64,000 bases of DNA from Kudoa neothunni (taxonomy: Eukaryota > Animalia > Cnidaria), in the NCBI GenBank assembly GCA_964304625.1, contig OZ199840.1, positions 2,867,828 through 2,931,827 on the forward strand, written 5' to 3'. Shown piece after piece: positions 54,531 to 64,000 of this stretch. Within the stretch, counting starts at the first letter, position 1, and the number at the start of each line of letters is the position of its first letter. A model generated the notes under the pieces. It was not told where the DNA came from. It worked only from the letters and a program-made list of their open reading frames with translations, and searched no databases. Both the position numbers and the translations under genes were made by a program.

Positions 54531-56054
54531 CCCTCCCTGTATGGAGCGGGTGGTCATAACGCGGAAGTGCGGAAGCCGATGAGGTCAATTTTGACCCCAG
54601 ATAAAAACAATCTTAAAAGCTTAAAATTTTCATCAAATTAACTCAACACATCTTCTAACACAATGCCATGCTATACATAGGTAAATTGGATTCTGAGTTT
54701 CAGTTTTTGATGTTAATCGTGAGCACGTCCAAGTAGGTCAGCTACCTCCATATTAAATTAGATTTATAGCGCCAAAGTCCATGAGAGATTAACGTGAGTC
54801 ATGGAAACAAAAATATTCACTGAATCAATTGCTTAAACATTAAAATAAGCTGAAATGGAATAGGAACACATTTCGTCCGGAAAATTGTAGTTACAAACTT
54901 CTTCGTTATTTTTCGGAAGACCCATAATGGATTAAGTATGTTTTGATCGTCTCATTGTTATCTAAAACACTGTATTAAGGACGGCAATGAAATTCATTTT
55001 CAGTATCATGATGAGTTATAAAAATATTTTAGGTAATATGCAAACTATATGTATATTGCTAAGACGTTGTATGGGATTATTGTTGTTATAAACAGTATGT
55101 GGATGAATGTATTTTTAATTATACTTCATCATTAATTTCTTCCAATGATTTAAATTAAAAGAATATGATAAAACATAGCCGAATATACTAATTTAGAATT
55201 CCGACCCACCAATTGATAGGAATCGTGTGTATTAAAATTGCCCAATTAAATTAACCTTTCATTTTTTACATTGTATTAAAAAATTTAATTAAGAAAACCA
55301 TTCGGAATGTTTTTTACATAAGATAATCTATTTTTTTCTTGGCATGGTTTGGTTGAATACATTTACCCGCAATTAGAACAAGATAATATGGACTTCTTTT
55401 CCATCGTGCTTGAATGGTGAAAGTTATGAGCTACAATATTGTTTTCTTGAAGAATCAAAATCATTTTTATAATAAATTGTCGGATTCTAGTATTTTTAAA
55501 CTAAAACTATCACCGGAATTTAAGTTAAGCTTATTTTGTATAAGCTATTCGATATCGTTGTATGTATGTATGTATGTATGTAATATTCGAGGTCATATTG
55601 CTTCATTAACAAGAAAATATTATTTTCAGAGGATAAGTTAATATAAAAACATTAAAAAAGTTACGTTTCACTAACACAGAAGGAATGTTAACCTGATTGT
55701 GGAAGGATTAATAGTCGCTAATCCCATTACAGCTTAGCTAGGAACGAAACTGCATTTTTTTGAGTTATATAAATGAGACTATTAAAACCTAATTCCACAA
55801 TTTAAACTCCTAAATAAAAATTGATGCACTAATAATTTTTATCGAAAAAATAAAGCAACAAATAATCTTCCCTCAAAAAATGTGGTAAAGCTATTTTCTA
55901 AATGTTTCAAACGAATAAAAAAATTTCGAATCCCAAAATTGATAGTTTTTAAAGGTATTTCTAGATTCATTAAATGGCGAGATATGAATTCTTTGAGTTA
56001 AAAGCAAAGTAGCTCACGTGGGGTCACAAATGAGCCTACTGGGGGCTGGGAGGG
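54531..56054. mobile_element. 1.5-kb non-autonomous piggyBac-like element
   Basis: CTAA|CCCTCCC...GGGAGGG|TTAA, with GAGGTCAATTTTGACCCC and GGGGTCACAAATGAGCCT subterminal boxes. Confidence 0.7.
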
Positions 56055-56810
56055 TTAAAGTTTTAATCCATTCTCTACATTTATCTTAATGTTAAAATTA
56101 TCCAAACAGGGTGATGGCACGATTGGTTACAGCAATTATTATTAGTTAATCAATTAATTAATCAATCATATTTTTAACTTTATTATAATTTATAAACTGA
56201 AGAGTTGGTTTAGTCAACTACTGTAAGTGAACGGACGAGGGGATTTAAAAATTAACGCAAAAAGTAAGTTAAGATCTAGTTAATAATCCAAAGGAAATCA
56301 GCGCAATTCTCCCAGAAAGCAATATTTCATCATTAGGCTACGTTTATCTATCAGTTGAGTAGATAAAATCTAGATTTCGAATGATCGGAGGACTATTCAA
56401 CCTATAGAAAGTTCGGAAATTGGATAAAAATTATATTTTTAGTCGCCTCGAAGAAAGGAGATAACCCCATTGCAATCAACCATTTACACCAGTCTGACCC
56501 ATTTTAAAAGCTCTAAAATATCCAAAGTCGGGCTCTCTTAATGTCAAAATGGCGCATGACCATGACCAACTCGTTACATACTTCGATATTCACAAACAGT
56601 CTATTGACATTTACTATCATCAGAAATAACTCAACATATCAACCAACTTGAACACTACTTCTAACACCGATTAATTATGTGGAAATATCAACAAAATAAT
56701 TCGCGCGAACGCATTCGGAGAGTGCAGTTAACATCTAATTGTTACGGTTCACGCGAAATAACGAATGCATAGCGAAAACAAAACACTATGTCTAACCAAC
56801 GAACAAAGTC

Positions 56811-57401
56811 TCAGAAGAAATAGGCTAGAATCTTTCCACCAGTACCTCTCTGTTGGCATCCTCATGATCAAGAATTCCGGAAGATGTCGTAAAAACAACA
56901 TAACTAAAAACATTAAAATAGAAACAATATTGATTCAGAAGATTCAAAGGAAATCAAAATTAATAAATTGAGCCATCATCATTGCTGCTCTATTAGTTAA
57001 ATTAGTACCCGAATTGACGAGCAGGCAATAGATGCTGTACAGTGGTTTCTATTCTACTGGTGGAAATATCAAATCTGGGGCTAATAACGCCACACTAAAA
57101 TTAAAAAATAGCATAACAAGCAGAGCTAAGGTATTAAACCAACCTTGTTGATTCTGCCATTAAGAGAAACGACAATTTTACCGGCACGATGATCATCAAT
57201 GACTTCAAACATATCGATATAACCTATACATTCCTCAAAACCTGTTAAAACTTCAACACTGTTGTCACCTTTGGATTTCATTATTTTCAGGATACTGATA
57301 ATCACCTTGGACGAAGGTCGAATCAAGACCTGTCTTTTACCACGTCTCTCAGCATTCAATATACATTTGAGGGCGTCTCTCAAAACACTAGTTCTAACCA
57401 T
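56811..57401 (-). CDS. RPS15A: 40S ribosomal protein S15a (uS8), 4 coding exons; apparent 1-nt deletion near 56853
   Basis: [87 protein letters not shown], then [11 protein letters not shown] in the -1 frame. Confidence 0.97.
56930..56987 (-). ncRNA. Candidate miniature box C/D snoRNA in RPS15A intron 3
   Basis: Perfect C box ATGATGA (56982-56976) and D box CTGA (56938-56935) in a 105-nt intron, about twice the usual length here. No target or terminal stem established. Confidence 0.4.
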
Positions 57402-57739
57402 ATATTTTTGATAAGACAAAAAGTTGCAACAACAACACGTATACCTTAACTCAGTTCAGGGAGTACAGCTACACACGCTTCGTTGGTTGGTCGACAACTA
57501 ACGAGATCGTGCGATCCGAAGCGATCGTGTGTTTTTGACTGATTTAGTGATTACTTTGTTTAGATTCAGTTTTAGGAATCTTGTTGTCGTATATTTTATA
57601 AAAATTAAAGGATTTTAGACAATCAATATTACAATCAGTACAATTTAACGTAAATTAAACTTTGATTGTGATGTTGGAATGAATTATTTGTTGTTTATTA
57701 AATTTGTAAAAAATTTGAGCAACAAACTTCAACCGATAT

Positions 57740-58900
57740 TGTAGTTCAGTTGGGGTAACTCCACATAAATCTATAAATACAATCGATGACAAGTGGTTCG
57801 TAAATTTCGAAAATATGTAAAAATTAGAAATTATAGAGAAAATGAATTGTTAAATTTTAACTCGAAATACATATTAGAGTAAAAACGTTAAATGGGAAAA
57901 TATTAGATGGTCTAATAATTAAATGTTGGAAAGTTACCCTTATTTTTATAGACCGACGCGTGCTTCGTAACTTTTCGGGTGAACAAATGTCCAGATTTTT
58001 TTGTAAAACTATTGATTGAAGATAAAAATACAAAACAATGTTGGATCTATTTCTAAAAAATAAAAAATTATTTTGACGGTCAGTCAAAATCAAGAACTAC
58101 AAAACTTTATAATACATCACCCTTGTCTACATTGTTTGGTTTTAAATAAAGAGGATGATATAATTGGCAAATTTAAGCGCAGTTTGTTCTCAGAAAATAC
58201 GGCATACTTAAAAAACAATAAAAAAATTATTTTTTGTGTTTAGTCAAAGCAAGATGTCATGTAAAATTGGAATATTAAACTAATTTTTCTTCCCAAAAAC
58301 ACTCCGACCCCTATCCTAGTTGAGAGCATAATTTACTCGTTTAAATTCCACTATAAAATATATACGTTAAAACTCCACGTTTCTCCCTCCAAATCTTCGA
58401 TGGAACCTGTATCTCCTAATATTTTGAATGCACTTTTTTGATTGAAAATTCTTGGGATTCGATGACTAAATCAACTATTTATAATGATTTTATTATGGCG
58501 AAATCTAATAGCAAAAAATATTTCTATTATTGCTGATAATTTAGATAAAAACGACTACCAAAATTTAGAATCCATATTTTTTAATGGGATAAATGAAATA
58601 AACAATGACGAAATAATATCGAACATCGGGGCTATCGGAAATGACAATCTTTCCGATGAACATGAAAATATCATAAAAGTTAATCAATATCCAGACGATG
58701 TCACAGAAATTGAAATCAACGAGAATATTTATTATTTCAAATATATCGTAATAAAAACATTAATTTCTAAAACTACCCAACTTTGTTTTGGCAAACGTAA
58801 GAAATATCCTATCGAGCATGGTTCGAAAAAATACGAATATACATAGGGATATTGGAGACGAAGTACATTAAATAATTATAACAACACAAAAGATACTAAA
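57740..58900 (+). pseudogene. Highly decayed Tigger/pogo transposase
   Basis: Fragments IKLIFLPKNT (~58273-58302) and PNILNAL...NSWDSMTKSTIYN (~58415-58485) match Tigger DDE C-terminal motifs; acidic tail ORF 58484-58846. Confidence 0.6.
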
Positions 58901-58972
58901 ATTATGGAATATTTCTACAAAAAATAAATTTTATTAATTATTTACTCCATCCACCTTGTGTGATTTGAAACA

Positions 58973-59203
58973 TTTTTTTTGTTTACAAGGTAAAACCCCG
59001 GAGCAACTTATTAGGCTGTGGAATTCTGGTTGGTCAGACCTCATTCATTAACGCTTTAGGCACCACAGGACATAACATGAAACCCCGCCCCTTATCTTTA
59101 TGCGGTAGTGTGGGACTTTAACCCACTAAACACCCTCGTCTCAGGGTGACCACCACTCCAAACCCATTCCCGTTAAAGACGTCGGCTCTGTGAGGGCTGC
59201 TAA
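58973..59203 (-). mobile_element. SINE-like / 5'-truncated non-LTR retroposon
   Basis: A 231-nt GC-richer insert with an A8 tail (T8 at 58973-58980), flanked by an exact 14-bp direct repeat TGTGATTTGAAACA (58959-58972, 59204-59217). Confidence 0.85.
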
Positions 59204-59550
59204 TGTGATTTGAAACAATGAAGCGCGGCGAGCCTTCAAAAAGTTATGAACCACACATCAATACGTGTGGTTCATAACTTTTTTGAGGTCCCAATGGGAT
59301 TACGAACGACCGGTCACCCATTATATAATCATTTTCAGCATAATTTAATATCGTATTTATATACCAACAAAGATTTAACATTTATTATTGCAATATTTAC
59401 TTTGTTAATATTTCTACAACCTAGACCACTCGATCCCTACTAGAAAAGCGACCTATGGGCTTGGGGGTATTAGATTCGAACGTAATAGAAAGTAATTTTT
59501 GAAAAATTTTGAGTCAGACACACGCCAACGTATGCAGATTCCTTTAGTCA

Positions 59551-59765
59551 TTAACCCTTCGAAGACTTTGGGATCAAATTGACCTCAAAATATAATTAAA
59601 ACCAACATTACTATTTTTATACTTATTAAAATTTCTCTATTTTTTATCTATTTTAATAATTGTTTGTACAGTATATACTAATAAAATTTTGGGGAAATGA
59701 TCAAAATAATAGTATGAAAAAATTTTAATCTTCGGAGGACTTTTGGGGTCAAATTGACTCCAAGT
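59551..59765. mobile_element. Duplicated piggyBac-like left ends
   Basis: TTAA|CCCTTCGAAGACTTTGGGATCAAATTGACCTC and a diverged copy TAATCTTCGGAGGACTTTTGGGGTCAAATTGACTCC ~175 bp downstream. A possible right end GGG|TTAA lies at ~61013-61019. Confidence 0.55.
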
Positions 59766-61606
59766 TTTTATTTTACGATTATACAACAAAAATTTTTTAA
59801 AAAGTAAAGAAGTGATGTTTTATGAATTCCATCGACTCATTCTTTGGTGAAATGATGATTAATATATCATTTAATCCGTGTTAATATCTTACTAATAATC
59901 TCGGATCCTGTTCGTAAATGATCGTACGAAGAGTGATACTTCGCATTTATTGTTTTAGTTGATAAGTTGAAGACTATAAATTCCTCACGCGACAAAAAAG
60001 ATTATATACATTTTTAAAAATTTGATCCGAATTATCTAATTATTTGAGCAATTCTTACATTTCTTCGATGAATGAACTGAGCAACAGTGTTTATTGCAAT
60101 ATGAGCATGTGGTTTGAGTTTGTTTATCGGTTCCTCGAGGACAATATTCACATCGACGTCTTTTGGCTATTCGGCAACTGTTAGTCTGAGTCCCTAGATC
60201 CCTAGATAGGGTGATTTTGCGTTGACAATTTTCCCTTTTTATAGATTTCGGCCCATGAGAGGTCGACGGTTGATAGAGAACTTGTGCGATTTCCTTTAAA
60301 AATACTTTAGTTTCGTCCTTTCGATTGATTAACTGAGAGTGTAAGTGTATTTTTTAAATGATTTACGGTGATTCTTCAGCTCAAAATATTTGTGTAACTT
60401 GACAAAGGCGGAGTTTCACGCTAGATTAGGATAAAAAACCAAACCGAAAAAGTATTACGATCTGATCTACGTGAAAATAAATAATAATTGTTATTTTAAA
60501 CAGTAAATTAGCTATTAAACAGTGGCTTACATTTAACGATCGTCCCCTAACAGCTTGCGAATAATTACATAAAAGATGTGACAGGATTAATTGTTATATT
60601 TCATATTGTTTTACTGAAAAACTAGTCGATGGAAATCGAAAATACCAGAAAATTGAATAGGAAACAATTTTTAAAATTAGTTTATCAAATAATAATCAAG
60701 GGTCATATTAACCACAAAGGACCTCTGAAGATTGTTTTTAGCGACCTTAGAAGGATAATTGGGAGCGAGTCGAATTTTGATTGCGAAGCGCTGACCTATA
60801 CTTTAGTTTGTGAATCTAATTTTGTAATAATCAAAAAATTTCAGGTTTCTTCTATTGAAATCTTAAATGGACGGACTAAACGTGCTAGATGAAATACCGA
60901 ATAAAATCAGTCAATTTCTTAAAATTATTTTATTAATTTATTTCAAAATATATAATAAATATAAAATAATAGAAATTAAGATATTAAAGAAAAATAATAA
61001 AACGATTAGATCGGGTTAACATTCCGCAAATATTACTATGGCACAATTTTACGATCTAATGTAGTTTACATTCATATTATTATTCTATAATATTTCTTTT
61101 TTATCAAATTAAATTAATTAGTTTTATATTGATATATACATGATTTTAGATATCAACAAATGTTCTTTTTAAAAATTGCTCCATATTTCGATCTATGTAA
61201 ATTAAATACATAGATTTCAATACAATAAATTATTTTATTATATTCTCAATGATGTATCTCATAAGAATTTGAATGTTTTCAAATTACAATTCATAACGCG
61301 CACGCAACAGATTTTGTGTTATTTCTAATCTTGTATAATCCAAGAGTCGGGATTAATATGTTTTTGTTACACCCACAAACATTTTAATTAATAAAAAAAG
61401 TAGCTCCACAATATTAGAACAAATTACTATTGGTTAATTTACAAATAAATTTCATGAGAAAATTCATATGTCTGAAAATTAAATAAAGCCAAGTTAAATG
61501 GGTCGATTCATCTAAAACTTTAAATAAATCATTAAATAAAGCTCTATTATTTTATAATAATTAAATATATAAGATAATTTGTATAGAAAATTGATAAATT
61601 TTTGAT

Positions 61607-61643
61607 CATTATTTTAGTTGCGCAATGCGCAACTAAAATAATG
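61607..61643. repeat. Perfect 18-bp inverted repeat with 1-nt spacer
   Basis: CATTATTTTAGTTGCGCA-A-TGCGCAACTAAAATAATG. Confidence 0.95.
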
Positions 61644-63476
61644 CTTGTGTTTCTAGCTTTAGGGCTATTGCTAGGAGTGGTTGTACTAACCATATTACAT
61701 GGGTATTAGTTGCATATCAAATTTTTTAATAAACAATCCGTAGTTATTCAGATGTTATTTATGAGTGGTGTGTATGTGAAAAAGACCCTAAACAAATCTC
61801 AGTCAATTGTCAAACGACATATCCTCTTGGATATCCAGTTGAAAATTTGTTTCTAATTGATGAAACAATCAACAATCTTCTTGTTGAGGTTGATTAGGCA
61901 TTTTTATTATTATATGAGTCAATACCAATTATTTTAGAATATTGATTTGTTCACAAAAAAATATTTCAAAGATTATTTTATGTAAGTGGTTGAAATGCTT
62001 ATTGATAGGACAACGCTTTTGCATTATAAACATTGTTGTCATGACCAACGAGAGGAATATTTAACCGACTACTAATTAGAATCGATTATCAAATAAAAGT
62101 TTTTCTCAAAGAAATTATCACATCATCTTACACCCAACTACACAACGTAATGCATGTATTAAATCAATTTTGCTATAAATATTTTCTTGCAGATCAATAT
62201 CAACAAATGGATTGTTGATCATTTAATTCCACTGTTAATTGACATGGACGTGGTGGTTGGTGTGGTCGAAAAAAACCGTAATTTGAAGGATGATATTTTC
62301 TGTATGGTTTCCAATCTGATGGATTTGAAAAAAGAGTCAAATTCGAAGTATTTTATTATTTTGGCGCATTTTATGACAAATAATAATAATAATGTATAAT
62401 TTTGTGTGGAAGGATATTTGATGTGTTTATTCACGATTTCACATCATCTACGCTTTTGGACTCGACTGTTGACAATATTTTGTTATCGTTGGTATTTTAA
62501 TCGTTGTTGAAATTCTATGAAAACTTTTACGTAGAAAATATATTTGAGAAACTATATGATGAATAATGAGGCAGACCGATCCACCACCGTCATCTCTGAT
62601 GGTCAAAATATGGTTTATAATTATAAAATTATGCTTGATGGATACCCTGAATTTGATGACATTCATCTTTCACCGAATGTACTTTTAAATTATATTTAAT
62701 TATTATTTTCTACAATATACACTCGAACTAAATATTATATTCTTTCTAACGAGAATAGTTGACGCTTGATCTGGGCCAGATTCTTCGAAATGAATTTTAT
62801 TTGGTGAACTTTATCGATTTTATCTATGATCATCCTTTACGTTATCGCCAATTTATGCTGCTATTATCAATAAGTGAGGAATTAATGTTTTTTATTCTGT
62901 AGATAATTATGTTATAGAACGATTTCAAGAGGTTATTTTGGAGAAGGATGACTTGGCTGAGCAGGAATATTTGCTTTTGTTGCATAACGAGGTGTGTTGG
63001 TTTATTGATATATGATGTTGTTGGTCGTGAAATCTTTGACTCTACCACTCGTTAGGCTGTAAAAATAAAAGAGATTTATTTGCTCAACCATTGCAACCAC
63101 AAAGTTGCTTCGCTACAATTGTTGCCACAGCAGATTGTCGACACTATTGTTGATAGTCTCCAAGATTGCACACAAGATCGTACCCACTATATTATGCTAT
63201 TTATGAGGTGACTTTTGTGGGGGTATTGTAGCACTTTAATGCCTTTCTGTTCCAGCGCGTACAGATGGCTTTTCAATGTATTCAATGTAGTGGCTTTGAA
63301 TGAATTTATTGCAAGTTCACATGTGAGATTTTTTTCACATTTTTTAATCTGTCTATGATCTGCTTTTCTAGTTCATAAAATGTCATTTACCCGCAAAAAG
63401 GTCGACCAAAACCGCAAACGACTCGATCAATGATGTTTACGTGATGTACATTATTAGAATTAATATTAATTCTTAA
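61641..63476 (+). CDS. Unrecognised multi-exon protein with N-terminal signal/anchor peptide (3' end uncertain)
   Basis: About 12 exons join in phase across short GT-AG introns: MLVFLALGLLLGVVVLTILHG|YSDVIYEWCVCEKDPKQISVNCQTTYPLGYPVENLFL...INKWIVDHLIPLLIDMD...KIYLRNYMMNNE...NEFYLVNFIDFIYDHPLRY... No family motif recognised. Confidence 0.75.
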
Positions 63477-64000
63477 TTACCACATAATTTTGCTAATAAC
63501 GCATTAATGTATGCAAGCATTATAGCAGTGTTTCCCATCGGTGGGACATGGAAATTTTTGAGCGTTTAATGAACGACTCTGATAGGACTTTAAAAATAGC
63601 GAGCATTGATGTGGCGTGAATAATGGTGAGATAATTGGCCAGTGTGGCGCACTTTGAAATCAATTCCTCGATTATTGATTTAGTTTAATGTTGAATGACT
63701 ATGAATATTATAATACAATGACTAATTATATAACAATAAATAGTAACGTTTAATGCGGTCTTTATCCCCGATAGAATTGGAATGACTTTAATTCCAATCT
63801 TGTCACATTTATAATCGTGATATACCTTTTTGACGTAGCCAAATATTACATTGCTTAATTTTTGTTATTTATCTGCGGTTGATAAGTTCCGTATACACGA
63901 TAGTCCTGTCTAATGCTGGTTGAATTACCACGAGTTCCATTTAACGACCTTATTGGCAGAGTGGAGAATTAAAGATGCTACTTTTTTTAAGTCCATCGTT

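Noticed and set aside
57445-57540. Spliced-leader RNA gene (vague likeness to a hydrozoan SL ending ...CCCTG...TAAG|GT)
   Set aside because: The similarity is short and from memory, it overlaps the RPS15A leader, and there is no convincing Sm site or tandem array.
1-64000. Alternative genetic code or stop-codon readthrough as the cause of fragmented ORFs
   Set aside because: The breaks are explained by short GT-AG introns. Host genes end in TAA, TAG and TGA, and conserved Trp is TGG.
1-64000. CRISPR arrays, prokaryotic operons, rRNA or tRNA genes
   Set aside because: No repeat-spacer periodicity, rRNA signature or complete cloverleaf was seen; gene structure is eukaryotic.

Overview
Strongly AT-rich eukaryotic (animal) nuclear DNA. 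I reconstructed by hand eleven multi-exon genes read in the standard genetic code, mostly with very short (~39-70 nt) GT-AG introns: ATG4, SAS10/UTP3, TP53RK/BUD32, SLC33A1, an SLC52 riboflavin transporter, WRAP53/TCAB1, EFHD2/swiprosin, KDELR/ERD2, CNOT3, HGS/Hrs and RPS15A. A twelfth gene encodes an unrecognised signal-peptide protein. Animal-type families, very divergent proteins and tiny introns suggest a reduced parasite such as a myxozoan cnidarian (inference only). Intergenic DNA and long introns are filled with decayed transposons: hAT/GTF2IRD2-like, Tc1/IS630-like, MULE, pogo/Tigger, many TTAA-flanked piggyBac-like elements, Helitron ends, and one SINE-like retroposon with a 14-bp TSD. 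Several are nested. No prokaryotic systems, CRISPR, rRNA or tRNA were seen, and I cannot demonstrate a wholly new system. Best leads: (1) Hrs appears to have replaced its double-sided UIM with two duplicated single-sided UIMs; (2) the RPS15A leader is structured and has a splice donor whose first available AG would remove the start codon; (3) a miniature intronic C/D snoRNA candidate; (4) an 81-bp bidirectional promoter and a recurring NRF1-like motif; (5) a perfect palindrome ending in the orphan gene's ATG; (6) 1-nt frame defects in conserved genes, most likely assembly errors.
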